Shown: positions 28,649-39,684, counted from the stretch's first letter. The stretch is DNA of 64,000 nucleotides from Candidatus Saccharimonadia bacterium (GCA_035544015.1 DATKIP010000093.1:281454-345453); one strand, 5' to 3'. Notes: generated by a model from the letters alone, not told the origin. Numbers and translations: made by a program.

Positions 28649-28840
28649 ACCCCCCATCATACCTGATACCGCACACACAGCCCACCATTTCGCCAAAAAC
28701 AGATTTTTATTAACAAATAATGAAAAAAGTCTCGTAAAAAGTAAAGTGCCGTGATAGCATCAAATTGAATCTCGGAATAACACCGGCCCCAAGGCGTTAC
28801 TTCTCGAGGTCTTTTATTGTGACCGTAACCAAATTCAAAG

Positions 28841-29302
28841 ATGGAAACCCCCGATAGCAGTCGCCAATCCGGTCTCTTCCACCCGCTTCGTCACGCCACA
28901 TTGCGCTTCGCAATCCTGGCCCTGGCCGCCGCGGGCATTGCCGCCTACGCCGCCTTCAGCCACAGCCGCACCCTCACCCTTGCCACCGCCCAACAGCCCG
29001 AAGCTTACACCGAGCTGTATTTCACCCACCCCGACAAGCTCGCCAAAACCGCCCCGGCCAGCCAATCTCGCATCATCGAATTTACCGTACACAATCTCGA
29101 AGGCCGCACCACCGCCTATCCCTACGCGATCTACCGCGATGACCAACAAATCGCCACCGGCACCATCACGCTAAACAACTTTGCAACCTCGCCGGTCAAT
29201 CAATCCCTCGTCATCGCAGGCACAAAGACGCGCACTATGATCACCGTCAAGCTTCTCAACACTGGCCAGTCGATTCACTTCTGGACCGAGCAACCATCGT
29301 GA
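28841..29302 (+). CDS. Membrane-anchored protein, DUF1616 C-terminal-like
   Basis: TM, E.YTELYF, VHNLEG...Y.Y, IHFW. Confidence 0.6.
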   Translation: METPDSSRQSGLFHPLRHATLRFAILALAAAGIAAYAAFSHSRTLTLATAQQPEAYTELYFTHPDKLAKTAPASQSRIIEFTVHNLEGRTTAYPYAIYRDDQQIATGTITLNNFATSPVNQSLVIAGTKTRTMITVKLLNTGQSIHFWTEQPS

Positions 29303-31137
29303 AACAGCCGCTCAAGAAAGTTACCGTTCTCATACCCTGCTACAACGAAGCCGAAAGCATCACCGGCGTCGTCACCGGCTTCCCCGTCCAGCAGATGAAG
29401 GCCCACGGCTACGCCCTCAAAGTCGTCGTCATCAACAACAACAGCTCCGACCAAACCGCCGCCGTCGCCCGAGCCGCCGGCGCCCAAGTGATCCATGAAA
29501 CCCGCCAAGGCAAGGGACATGCCATCCGCACCGGCTTCCACCGCGTCACCAAAGACACCGACTACGTCGTGATGCTCGACGGCGACTTCACCTACAACCC
29601 CGCCGAAATCATCCGGCTACTCGAACCCATCAACTCCGGCTTCTGCAACGTTGTCATCGGCTCGCGACTCGGCGGCCGCATCACGAGCGGCTCCATGACA
29701 ACCTTCAACCGCCTTGGCAACTGGATCTTTTCGCACCTCGTGCGCTACCTCTATCGCGTCAACGTCACTGATGTGCTCACCGGCTATTTCGCCTGGGACC
29801 GCCATGCCATCGAGCGGCTCCGTCCTCACCTCACATCCCAAGGTTTTGCCATCGAGATGGAAATGATCACCAAAATGGCCAAACTCGGCGAGGAAATCTA
29901 CTCGGTACCCATCAGCTACCACTCGCGGTCGGGCAGCTCTAGCCTGCGGCCCATCCGCGACGGCGCGCGCATTCTGGCCATGTATCTGCGCAACTTCTTC
30001 TGGCGGCCGGCCTCCACTGTCGAACGCGTCGCCTTCGTCTCCGACACTATCTATCCCTACAATATGGGTGGCAAAGAAACCCGCCTGGCCGAAATCACCA
30101 AACGCCTCGTCAAACCCGGCCGCGAAGTCCACATCTACACCATGAAGTGGTGGGACGGTCCCAAAACCATCATCGAAGACGGCATCCACCTCCACGCCAT
30201 CAGCCGGCTCCATCCCCTGTACCGCCACAGCCGGCGCTCGTTTCGTGAGGCGCTCATGTTTGGGTTCGCCACCTTCAAGTTGCTGTTCCAAAAATTTGAC
30301 ACTCTCGACGTCGACTCCATGCCGTTCTTTCCGCTATATAGCGCCAGAATCGTCTGCTGGCTGCGCGGCAAAAAACTCTACGCCACCTGGCATGAAGTCA
30401 CCGACCGGACCGCCTGGACGACCTATATCGGCACAATCCCTGGCACCATTGCCTGGGCCGTCGAGCGCCTCGCCACCGCGCTACCCGACCTCATCATCTC
30501 CAACTCCCAGCACACCACCCGACGCCTGCGCCAAAACGGCACCCGACCCCAAATCATCACCATCCCGCTCGGCGTCGACCTCGAAGCCATTTACTCCATC
30601 CAGCCGTCAGTGAGCACGAGCGACGTTATTTTCGTGGGGCGCCTCCTCCCGCACAAAAACGTCGACCTACTCGTCCACGCCATGGCCAAGGTCCAAAAAA
30701 CCAACCCCGAAATCCTCTGCCGCATCATCGGCAACGGGCCCGAAAGCCCCCGGCTCGAAGCCCTCATCCACAAACTCGGCCTCGCCGAAAACGTCCGCAT
30801 CAGCCCTTTTGTGCCCCTGCACTCAGAGCTTTACGGCCTCATGAAGGCCTCCAAAGTCTTCGTGCTACCCTCGATCCGCGAAGGCTTCAGCCTCGTAGTA
30901 GTCGAGGCCAACGCCAACGGCATCCCCGTCGTCACCACCAACCACCCCGACAACGCCGGCCGCGAGCTCATCATCGAAGGCGTCAACGGCTACCTCACTG
31001 ACCTCTCACCCGACAGCATCGCCCAAAAAATCCTGCTTGCGCTCGACCAGCAAACCACCCTGCACCCCACGCAAAACATCGAACAATACGACTGGAACAC
31101 CGTAGCCAAAAGCATCGAGAAGGTGTTTGCGCACTAA
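29299..31137 (+). CDS. Fused GT2 (DPM1-like) + GT4 glycosyltransferase
   Basis: IPCYNE, GKG, MLDGD, GSR, F..E.E, then GGKE, FVGRL..HKN, PS.REGF..VVVEA. Confidence 0.9.
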   Translation: MKQPLKKVTVLIPCYNEAESITGVVTGFPVQQMKAHGYALKVVVINNNSSDQTAAVARAAGAQVIHETRQGKGHAIRTGFHRVTKDTDYVVMLDGDFTYNPAEIIRLLEPINSGFCNVVIGSRLGGRITSGSMTTFNRLGNWIFSHLVRYLYRVNVTDVLTGYFAWDRHAIERLRPHLTSQGFAIEMEMITKMAKLGEEIYSVPISYHSRSGSSSLRPIRDGARILAMYLRNFFWRPASTVERVAFVSDTIYPYNMGGKETRLAEITKRLVKPGREVHIYTMKWWDGPKTIIEDGIHLHAISRLHPLYRHSRRSFREALMFGFATFKLLFQKFDTLDVDSMPFFPLYSARIVCWLRGKKLYATWHEVTDRTAWTTYIGTIPGTIAWAVERLATALPDLIISNSQHTTRRLRQNGTRPQIITIPLGVDLEAIYSIQPSVSTSDVIFVGRLLPHKNVDLLVHAMAKVQKTNPEILCRIIGNGPESPRLEALIHKLGLAENVRISPFVPLHSELYGLMKASKVFVLPSIREGFSLVVVEANANGIPVVTTNHPDNAGRELIIEGVNGYLTDLSPDSIAQKILLALDQQTTLHPTQNIEQYDWNTVAKSIEKVFAH

Positions 31138-33428
31138 TGAAAATTCTTGTCGTCACACCCTACTTTGCGCCCGCCCTCGGCGGACTCGAAAATTACGCCC
31201 TCAACCTCGCCAAGGAGCTTCATGAGGCCGGACACGACATCGTCGTCGTCACCGCAAACCACCGGGGCAACCACCGCGTCCACGAAACCATCAACGGATT
31301 GCGCATTATCCGCCTACCCATCACCGCCAAACTCAGCAACACGCCAATCGGCCTGGGATGGTATTTTCAGCTGCGTACCATCATTCACACCGAGCAACCA
31401 GACCTCGTCAATGCCCACACGCCCGTACCGTTCATCGCCGACATGGCGGTGCGTGCCGCCGGACAAATCCCCACCATTCTCACGTACCACAATGATCTCG
31501 CCAAATCGAGCCTCCTCGGCCTGGTATTCACCAAGCTCTACTACGCACTGCTAGGCCGGCGTACGCTCCGCCTGGCCACCCGCATCATCACCACCTCCCA
31601 ATACTATGCCGACCTCTCGCCCTACCTCGCCGCCCATCGCGGCAAAATCGCTGTCGTGCCCCCGGGCGTCGATATCGCCGCCTATCACTCCGGCATCGAC
31701 AAAACCTGGCTGCACCAGCGTCACGCCGGCCAAAAGATTGTGCTCTTCGTGGCCTCGCTCAAAAAATCCCACGCGCACAAAGGCCTGAATATACTGCTCC
31801 AATCATTCGCCCGGGCCTTGTCTCACGAAGCCAACCTCCATCTAGTCGTGGTAGGGGAGGGCGACGGCACAGCCGGGTATCAACAGCAAGCCAATAGCCT
31901 CGGCCTCAGCTCTCGCGTCACCTTCGCTGGCCGCGTCAGCGACGAAGCCCTGCCGCGCTATTTCGCCGGCGCCGATGTGGCCGTATTGCCATCCGTCAAT
32001 GCCTCCGAGGGCTTCGGCATGGTACTCCTCGAGGCCCAAGCCTGCGGCACGCCCGTGATTGGCTCCCGCATCGGCGGAATCCCGGCTGTCGTCGAGCACG
32101 GCCGCACCGGCGAGCTCGTGGCCGCATCGTCCGTTCCCGAGCTCACCAGCTCGCTCCTGCGCATCCTGGGCGACGACGCCTACGCCGCACGCCTCGGCCG
32201 ACGCGGCGCCGAAACCGTTGCCGCCAACTTTAGCTGGCAGCACCAAGCCCAACGATTCGAAGCCATCGCCATCGCCGTACTCGACCAGCATCCCCAAACC
32301 ATCGTTCAGGTCGTCTCCTACTACCCGCCCCATACCGGCGGGATGGAAAACGCTGCCCGCGAAATCTCGCACCAGCTCGCAGCCCTGGGACACCACGTCG
32401 AAATATTCACCTCAAACATCGCTGCCCCCGCCGGACGCACCCAAGAATCAGGCTGCACCGTCCATCGGCTACCCAGCCTCGAAATCGCTCACACCCCCAT
32501 CATCTGGAGCCTCTTTTGGCAGCTCATGACCGTAAAACACCCCAGCATCATCCACGTCCACGTCGCTCAAGCCTACACGCCCGAAATCGCCTACCTCGTC
32601 AGCCGCCTCCGCCGCATCCCGCTCGTGCTCCACTTTCACCAAGACGTCGGCGCCTCCGGTCTCGCCGGCAAAATCTTGCCCATCTACAAAAAGTTCAGCC
32701 TCGGACCCTTACTCCGAAGAGCCGAGCTCGTCATCGCCATTTCTCCCACCTATCGCCAGTTTCTCGTTGATGCTTATCGCCTCCATCGCCTCGCCATCGT
32801 ATCCAACGGCGTCGGCCCCGAATTCTTCACCCCCAAAACCGGCTTCAAACCCGATTCCAAACGCCCCCTCCGGCTCCTCTACGTGGGCCGGCTCTCGTGG
32901 GAAAAAAACGTGGGCCTGCTCATCGAAGCCACCAAAAACCTGGGGCGCCCCGTCGAGCTCCAGATCGTCGGCAATGGTCCGCTCGAGCAAAACCTAGCCC
33001 AAATCATTGCCGCCAGCCCCCACCCTCACGCCCACATCACCATGGCCGGCTACAAAACCAAAGCCGAACTACCCGCCTATTACCGTCAAGCCCAGATGGT
33101 TCTCATAGCCTCAGACTATGAAATTCAGCCGCTCGTGGCACTCGAGGCCATGGCAAGCGGCACTCCCGTCATCGGCTCGCGCATTCCCGGGCTCATCGAT
33201 ACGCTCGGCGACGACGGACTCATCGTAGACAAAACCGCCACCGCCTTCCGCGACGGTATTCTGCAGCTCGCGGATAACCCAACGCTCTGGCAAACCCTCA
33301 GCCGACGCGGCCAAGCCAAAGCCAAGCGCCTCAGCTGGGACCAAGCCGCCACCCAGCTCGATACCCTCTATGCCGCCCTCTCCGCTCACCATCCCGCCCC
33401 CGCCGCCAAAACCGAGACCGCCCAATGA
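31137..33428 (+). CDS. Tandem GT4-GT4 glycosyltransferase
   Basis: Two GT-B repeats: GGLE...EGFGMVLLEA and GGME...EIQPLVALEA. Confidence 0.9.
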   Translation: MKILVVTPYFAPALGGLENYALNLAKELHEAGHDIVVVTANHRGNHRVHETINGLRIIRLPITAKLSNTPIGLGWYFQLRTIIHTEQPDLVNAHTPVPFIADMAVRAAGQIPTILTYHNDLAKSSLLGLVFTKLYYALLGRRTLRLATRIITTSQYYADLSPYLAAHRGKIAVVPPGVDIAAYHSGIDKTWLHQRHAGQKIVLFVASLKKSHAHKGLNILLQSFARALSHEANLHLVVVGEGDGTAGYQQQANSLGLSSRVTFAGRVSDEALPRYFAGADVAVLPSVNASEGFGMVLLEAQACGTPVIGSRIGGIPAVVEHGRTGELVAASSVPELTSSLLRILGDDAYAARLGRRGAETVAANFSWQHQAQRFEAIAIAVLDQHPQTIVQVVSYYPPHTGGMENAAREISHQLAALGHHVEIFTSNIAAPAGRTQESGCTVHRLPSLEIAHTPIIWSLFWQLMTVKHPSIIHVHVAQAYTPEIAYLVSRLRRIPLVLHFHQDVGASGLAGKILPIYKKFSLGPLLRRAELVIAISPTYRQFLVDAYRLHRLAIVSNGVGPEFFTPKTGFKPDSKRPLRLLYVGRLSWEKNVGLLIEATKNLGRPVELQIVGNGPLEQNLAQIIAASPHPHAHITMAGYKTKAELPAYYRQAQMVLIASDYEIQPLVALEAMASGTPVIGSRIPGLIDTLGDDGLIVDKTATAFRDGILQLADNPTLWQTLSRRGQAKAKRLSWDQAATQLDTLYAALSAHHPAPAAKTETAQ

Positions 33429-35791
33429 AGCTGCGCTCCATTCGCACCATCTGGCTCCTTCCGCTACTCATCACCCTCGCCGTCGTCCTCAATATTCTCG
33501 TGTTCACCATCCCATACTTCGACCCCATCAAGGCCGTGCTTGGGTTTGCCTGGTTATTTTTGGCTCCCGGTTGGTTCATTGCCCAAATCATCCGCCTCAA
33601 AACCCCCAGCCACGGTGAATACGTTGGCTTCATTGTCGGCTTTAGCACCCTCGCCACCATGCTCACGACGCTCCTCATCAACACCACCCTCATGCTACTT
33701 GGCAACCCGCACCCCCTCGATGCCCCCAACCTGATGATCGGAACCGATATCGCCTGGAGCGCCCTGCTCGCGGGCGCCCTCTGGCGCCATCGCGCAGGCC
33801 TGCCATCACAACGAATCTCCCTACCCCAAGCCATACCAAACCCACCCTGGCTCCTCACACTGGGCGCACTAATCCCCGTAGCCCTCGCCATCCTGGGCGC
33901 CAACAGCCTCAACAACCACGGCACCAATCTCTTCACCGTCGGCCTGCTCCTCTACCTGGCCGCCTACCTCGGATACCTCGTCACCCGTCGCAGCCAATTC
34001 AGCGAAAACGCCCTCGTGCTCGCGCTCTATGGCACCGCGCTCGCTCTCCTTTTCATGACCAGCCTGCGCGGCTGGACCACCACCGGGCACGACGTCCAGG
34101 CCGAATATCATGTGTTTCTCCTCACACTCAACCATCTCAGCTGGAACATGGCCAACTTGCGCGACGCCTACAACGCCTGTTTGAGCATCACCGTACTACC
34201 TACTATTGTTCACCAAATAACCGGTATCAACGAGGGATATGTCTACAAAATCGTCTTCCAGATGATCTTTGCCCTCGTACCCGGCATGGTGTACCTCATA
34301 GCCCGAAACTACGCCTCGCGTCTTGTAAGCCTGTTGGCGGCAATTTACTTCATGGCCTTTCCCACCTTCTTTGGCGATATGCCGATGCTCAACCGCCAAG
34401 AAATCGCCTTCGTATTCCTGGGGCTTATCTTTCTCACCATCTTCAATGCCGATTGGCGCCTCGGCCAAAAACGCTGGCTCATTGCGACACTCAGCCTCGG
34501 CGTAGTGCTGTCACATTACTCCACCACCTATACCATGATCGCCATGTTTGCAATCTTCCTCGCACTCAGCACCAGCCTCAAATTCATCACCAACCACCTT
34601 GATTCCTCTCGTCAGCGCCTACACCTATTTCTCGCCCGCTGGCGCAAACCCAAGCCCTCTCCAATCAGCCTGTGGGTAATCGCCATGCTTCTCGCAAGCA
34701 GTTATATCTGGAGCATCCAGCTCACGGGCACCGGCGGCAACCTCGCCCGCGTCGCCCTCGGTACCGTCCAAAGCATTCGCACCGGCATAGCGGGGGAGAA
34801 CCGCTCCAGCGATACCAGCTACAGCCTACTCGCCAAAACCCACGCCACCACCCAACAGCGCCTCGACGGCTACCTCCAGCAATCCGTACCCCAGGACCGA
34901 GCCAAAGCCGATCCCGCCACCCTCTATCCGACCCAAACTTACGCACCATACCCCGTAAAAGCCGCCACCGACGAAAATCTCGCCCTCACACCGATCGGCC
35001 AGCGCCTATCAGCTGCCGGCATCAATGTTCCCGCTCTCAACGCCCTCATCCGCCAAAGCTCGGCCGCCCTCCTGCAACTCGTCCTGATCGTCGGCATCTT
35101 GCTCCTATTTATAGGCTACCGATTCGCCGGCCATATCACCCGGCGGCACTACACCGAATACCAGCTCTTTGCGCTTTCCACCATCTGCATTCTTGCCATG
35201 ATCGTTCTCCTCCCGGTCATCTCAGCCGAATACGGCCTCCTGCGCGCCTTCCAGCAAATGTTGCTGGTGTCTGGCAGCGCCATTGCGCTAGCCACCATCG
35301 CCCTCGTTCCCGCACGCTACCGCCGAGCTCGACAGATCATCCCGTCCGCGCTAGCCATCGCGTTTCTGCTCTCGTCCACCGGGGTTTTCACCACCCTGCT
35401 CGGAGGCTACCCCGGCCAACTACACCTTGCCAACAGCGGCAAATATTACGACCTCTACTACCCCCATGCCAGCGAAGAACGCGCCGCCGATTGGCTTGAA
35501 AGCACCAACACCATCTTCTATCACCGGGGCAATGGCGGCTCCGGCATCTACGCCGACCAGCCCACCTATGCCAAAATCCAAAGCTTCACCTCGCTGAGCC
35601 TCAAAGGCGGATTGTATCCCGGCCTCATCAAACGTAACGCCTACGTATTCCTGGGATACACCAATGTTACGAAGCAGCAGGCCCTGCTATCGGTCGACGG
35701 CGACGTCATCACTTACCAATACCCGCTCCAGTTCCTGGACGATCAAAAAGACTTGCTATACTCCAGCCAAACCACCCGGATATATCGATGA
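33425..35791 (+). CDS. DUF2206-like multi-TM membrane protein (possible GT-C/polymerase)
   Basis: Many TM segments. GHDVQAEY, YNACLSITVLP, RQEIA, SHYST. Confidence 0.75.
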   Translation: MKLRSIRTIWLLPLLITLAVVLNILVFTIPYFDPIKAVLGFAWLFLAPGWFIAQIIRLKTPSHGEYVGFIVGFSTLATMLTTLLINTTLMLLGNPHPLDAPNLMIGTDIAWSALLAGALWRHRAGLPSQRISLPQAIPNPPWLLTLGALIPVALAILGANSLNNHGTNLFTVGLLLYLAAYLGYLVTRRSQFSENALVLALYGTALALLFMTSLRGWTTTGHDVQAEYHVFLLTLNHLSWNMANLRDAYNACLSITVLPTIVHQITGINEGYVYKIVFQMIFALVPGMVYLIARNYASRLVSLLAAIYFMAFPTFFGDMPMLNRQEIAFVFLGLIFLTIFNADWRLGQKRWLIATLSLGVVLSHYSTTYTMIAMFAIFLALSTSLKFITNHLDSSRQRLHLFLARWRKPKPSPISLWVIAMLLASSYIWSIQLTGTGGNLARVALGTVQSIRTGIAGENRSSDTSYSLLAKTHATTQQRLDGYLQQSVPQDRAKADPATLYPTQTYAPYPVKAATDENLALTPIGQRLSAAGINVPALNALIRQSSAALLQLVLIVGILLLFIGYRFAGHITRRHYTEYQLFALSTICILAMIVLLPVISAEYGLLRAFQQMLLVSGSAIALATIALVPARYRRARQIIPSALAIAFLLSSTGVFTTLLGGYPGQLHLANSGKYYDLYYPHASEERAADWLESTNTIFYHRGNGGSGIYADQPTYAKIQSFTSLSLKGGLYPGLIKRNAYVFLGYTNVTKQQALLSVDGDVITYQYPLQFLDDQKDLLYSSQTTRIYR

Positions 35792-36975
35792 AAATACTTA
35801 TGGTCATCAGTCAAGGCTACGTCGGAGGCGGAGCTGAAAATAGCTTAATGCTCACACGCTCTGAGCTTCTGGCGCGAGGGCATCAAGTCAAAATTCTGTC
35901 CGCCGATGACCCCAAGCATGATTTATTTTCCGACTACACGTTTCGCACCATCCCTCTCCACTCGCCGCTCAAAGCCCTCCATCACCTCTTCTACGTGCGG
36001 TCATACCGAGCACTCAAGGCCGCTATCCGTGACTTCCAGCCCGATGTCATTCACTTCCACACCCTCGGTTCATGCAGCCCCTCGATACTCTTTGCCGCCG
36101 GCCGCGTCCCCGCCGTCATGACCATCCACGGACCCGAGGAGTTCACCCTGAGCTTGCTCCCATGGTTCCTCGGCGCCAGCGATTTCAAAAATCAGGATTT
36201 TGACACCGCTCATCTCACCTTCACCGGATTCCTCAAATACCAGTACTTTAGGTTTGTACAACGACCCATCTACCGGCTCGGGCTCAAGCGCTTGCGCCAC
36301 GTTATGGCTCCGAGCCGCTATATGCGTCGCACCACCCACACCGACTTCCCTGGCGTACCGATGACCGTCGTACCAAATGGTATCAAGCTACCATCCGCCC
36401 ACGCCCTGCCCCCCAGCCCAACCCTCCTGTTCGTAGGCCGCATCGAACCGCTCAAAGGAATCAACTACCTACTCCAAGCGTTTGCGCAGGCAACACCCGT
36501 CCTTCCCCTGCTCAAACTCCGTATCGTCGGCACCGGCCCCCAACTGCCAGCCCTCCGGCAAGCGGCCATCGATTTGGGCATCGCCCACCAAACCGAATTT
36601 TGCGGCTGGATCCAGCCCAGTCACATTCGCAATGAGTACCTCAGGTCCTCGGCGCTCGTCATACCCTCAATTTGCCCCGAGGCCTTCGGGCTGGTGGCAG
36701 TCGAGGCTATGGCTACCGGCCGACCCGTCATCGCCACCGACCTAGGCTCACTCCCAGAACTTGTCACGCACGCTCACACCGGACTCGTCGTGCCCCCAGC
36801 CGACGCGAACCGCCTGGCAGCGGCCATCGTACAGCTCTTTCAAACCCCAGGCCTCCTACCCAAACTAGCCGCCGAAGCCGCCCAGTCTGCTCAGCGGTTT
36901 TCAATTACTCGCCACATCGACCAGCTCGAAACCATCTATCGCGATGCCACCGAACCATCCGCAACGCCGCTTTGA
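35788..36975 (+). CDS. GT4 family glycosyltransferase
   Basis: GGAE, FVGRIE..KG, EAFGLVAVEAM. Confidence 0.92.
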   Translation: MKILMVISQGYVGGGAENSLMLTRSELLARGHQVKILSADDPKHDLFSDYTFRTIPLHSPLKALHHLFYVRSYRALKAAIRDFQPDVIHFHTLGSCSPSILFAAGRVPAVMTIHGPEEFTLSLLPWFLGASDFKNQDFDTAHLTFTGFLKYQYFRFVQRPIYRLGLKRLRHVMAPSRYMRRTTHTDFPGVPMTVVPNGIKLPSAHALPPSPTLLFVGRIEPLKGINYLLQAFAQATPVLPLLKLRIVGTGPQLPALRQAAIDLGIAHQTEFCGWIQPSHIRNEYLRSSALVIPSICPEAFGLVAVEAMATGRPVIATDLGSLPELVTHAHTGLVVPPADANRLAAAIVQLFQTPGLLPKLAAEAAQSAQRFSITRHIDQLETIYRDATEPSATPL

Positions 36976-37027
36976 CCATAGGCGTTATATACCATACCAT
37001 TGGCTTAGTGTCAGATAGGAATGTGCC

Positions 37028-38329
37028 ATAAAGCCGCTCAAAAAACTCGACCATCTCCTTCAAAAACCCCTCAAGCGTCCATGGTTCACCTCAGGAACGC
37101 TGGTAGCTTTAGCCATCTTCACCTTTAGCTCGACGTTGATTTACCTCACCGATTTCTATCAACCCCACCACACTCCCAGCCAGCCGCACAACGCCGCTGA
37201 CATCGCCGGAGCCGCCTCTACCGTTCGACCAAGCCCCTCCACCGCCCCAGCGGCCAAACAGTCCATCGCTGAGCCCAAGGCCATGTCCGGCCCCGCGCCT
37301 ACCCCAGGGCCACTCAAGGGCTACGGCATCGCCGTGGGCAACACCCTACCCGGACTACCCGCCGATGAGCTTGCCCGGCGACTCGATGACTTCAAGGCCC
37401 TTGGCATCGCTTGGATTCGCCTCGATTTCGACTGGAACGACCTCCAGCCCAGCAACGCGGCGAGTTTTTCGTGGTCGCAGCACGACAAAGTCGTCGCAGC
37501 CGCCAATGCCCGCGGCCTGCGTCTCTTGCCAATTCTCACCTACACCGCACCCTGGGCCCGCCTTCCCGCCTGTGGCTCAAATCCTCGCTGCGCCCCCGCC
37601 GATCCCGCCCAATACGCCAATTTTGCCCGCGAAACCGCCCGGCACTACGCCCCCCTCGGCATTCATCACTGGGAAATTTGGAACGAAGAAAATAGCCAGG
37701 GCGCCTGGGAACCAGCCGCCAATGCCGCCGATTACGTTCAATTCCTCAAGGCCGCCTACACCAGCATCAAACAAATCGACGCCTCTGCCACCGTCATATC
37801 TGGCGGGCTCGCCTCCAGCAGCAACGCCGACGGCATTCCGCAGCTCGATTACCTCCGGGCTATGTATGCCGCTGGGGCCAAACCATATTTCGACGCCATC
37901 GGCTACCACCCCTATTCCTACCCCGTACCCGCCTCGTACAACATCACCTGGAACGCCTGGTCTCAAATGGGCTTCACGGCCATTAGCCTGCGCTCAATCA
38001 TGGCCGCAAGTGGCGACGACGCCAAGCAAATCTGGGTCACGGAATACGGCGCACCCACCGGCGGTCCCAGCACCGAAGCTAGCTCCCAGGATTACCATCT
38101 CAACGACTCACCCGACCATGTCACCGAAGAATTCCAAGCCCAAATCGCCGCGGACGTTATTCGCAGCGCCCACAACGCTCCCTGGATCGGCCCACTGTTT
38201 TGGTACGGCTACCGAGATGAGGGCACATCGACAGACTCAAACGAAAACTTCTTCGGCCTCATTCGGGCCGACGGCTCACCGAAACCCGCCTACGAAGCCC
38301 TCAAGCAGGCCATAGCCGGCAATCAGTAA
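37028..38329 (+). CDS. Clan-A glycoside hydrolase (GH5/GH39-like), membrane-anchored. Start uncertain (ATA 37028, first canonical TTG 37136).
   Basis: WEIWNE acid/base, YHPY, IWVTEYG nucleophile, FGL...DGSPKP. Confidence 0.85.
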   Translation: MKPLKKLDHLLQKPLKRPWFTSGTLVALAIFTFSSTLIYLTDFYQPHHTPSQPHNAADIAGAASTVRPSPSTAPAAKQSIAEPKAMSGPAPTPGPLKGYGIAVGNTLPGLPADELARRLDDFKALGIAWIRLDFDWNDLQPSNAASFSWSQHDKVVAAANARGLRLLPILTYTAPWARLPACGSNPRCAPADPAQYANFARETARHYAPLGIHHWEIWNEENSQGAWEPAANAADYVQFLKAAYTSIKQIDASATVISGGLASSSNADGIPQLDYLRAMYAAGAKPYFDAIGYHPYSYPVPASYNITWNAWSQMGFTAISLRSIMAASGDDAKQIWVTEYGAPTGGPSTEASSQDYHLNDSPDHVTEEFQAQIAADVIRSAHNAPWIGPLFWYGYRDEGTSTDSNENFFGLIRADGSPKPAYEALKQAIAGNQ

Positions 38330-39684
38330 ACCTGGATTTCGGCCAGTCCAATATTAGCCGTCCCATTCGCCACACCCGTCACATTAAACTGCACGCTTGT
38401 TACCACCCGCGGCGAAAAAGTTACCGTGGTCGCTGTCCCATCATTATTCAGTGTACCCACCGCCACTTTCGACCCGTCACTAAAAACCAAAGTTCCCGCG
38501 GTTACTTGATCGGCAGCATTTGGGCGGTCAAACAGCACCATCCGGCCAACCGTACGCGCCGACGACCACGTCAGCTTGATCCAGCTACCGCCCGAGCCAC
38601 CAACAGTGGCCCATTCCTTGGTGTAATCGCCAGGATAACCATCAATCACGCCGTCAATCGCCCGAATAGCCAACTGGCCACTCGATCGATCCTCCGAAGA
38701 CGCCGTCACCTGAGCCAACCCCGCCAGGTTGCCACCGATAGGGGAGGGGACCGAGTTTGAAGCCGTACCCCCGCCAGATTCCGTTCCCACTGCATATTGG
38801 CGAGCCAGCCAACCCTCAAACTCACCGTTGCGACACGCCAGCAAACTGTTGCAGACGTCGTGATCATAGTTCGCATACGCATAAAAGGCTTCAGATTTTT
38901 TCGTCAGATCACCACGCGCCACATTCGCCGGATTAGCCGAATCCAAGTAACCTTCGTAGCCCGTCAAGGTATGTGGCTGCGAGTACTGCTGATGAGCCGC
39001 CCGCGCAAAATACGCCGACGCGTGGTGGTCGGCATGATCGCCGTCCCCAAAGGCGCCGCTATAATCTTGAATATGAATCCGATCCGGCGCAAAGCTCGCC
39101 ATCATCGCCGCCAGCGCCCCTACCAAGGTATCTTTGCTATAACTTGCGCTCCCATCAACCGCGCTGATCGACGAAATCGATCCCAGCCATAACTTTTGCA
39201 AACTCTCAAAATTATGCGTATTAAAGCCCGCTCCATCCATCCCACCGTCAGGCAGCCGCAAAAACACCAGAGACACCGTAGGCTTGCCGACCAGCGTATA
39301 GGCCCGTACATGCATCCCGAGCACGCCCGCATCCGAAATATTCCATGTTCCGAGGCCCGTTCTGCCAGCCATTTTGGCGTAAGCCGCCTTCATCCCATTT
39401 TCCCGACCCTGCCAATACGACGCCGGCGCACCCGAATCACCCGCCGTCATAAATATCGTCCGCACACACCGACCCGAGGTGATGTCGTGCAATAAATCCG
39501 GACTCATAAACAACAAATCGTCGTCTTCATGCGCCACAATATTCAAAGTCGAGCCCTGGGTACAACCAGCCGCACCCACCAAATCATCCGTCGATACGTT
39601 CAAAATCACACTCGAGGCCACTGCCACCACGAGCACGCTCATACCCACTACCGAAATTTTGCGCCACCCACTACCGAACATCAT
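38323..39684 (-). CDS. Secreted PIG-L family deacetylase with C-terminal galactose-binding-like domain
   Basis: Signal peptide, AHEDDD, TAGD, RENG, RLPDG, DHADH. C-terminal ASS...AIDG...W...SWIKLTW. Confidence 0.85.
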   Translation of the reverse strand: MMFGSGWRKISVVGMSVLVVAVASSVILNVSTDDLVGAAGCTQGSTLNIVAHEDDDLLFMSPDLLHDITSGRCVRTIFMTAGDSGAPASYWQGRENGMKAAYAKMAGRTGLGTWNISDAGVLGMHVRAYTLVGKPTVSLVFLRLPDGGMDGAGFNTHNFESLQKLWLGSISSISAVDGSASYSKDTLVGALAAMMASFAPDRIHIQDYSGAFGDGDHADHHASAYFARAAHQQYSQPHTLTGYEGYLDSANPANVARGDLTKKSEAFYAYANYDHDVCNSLLACRNGEFEGWLARQYAVGTESGGGTASNSVPSPIGGNLAGLAQVTASSEDRSSGQLAIRAIDGVIDGYPGDYTKEWATVGGSGGSWIKLTWSSARTVGRMVLFDRPNAADQVTAGTLVFSDGSKVAVGTLNNDGTATTVTFSPRVVTSVQFNVTGVANGTANIGLAEIQVY

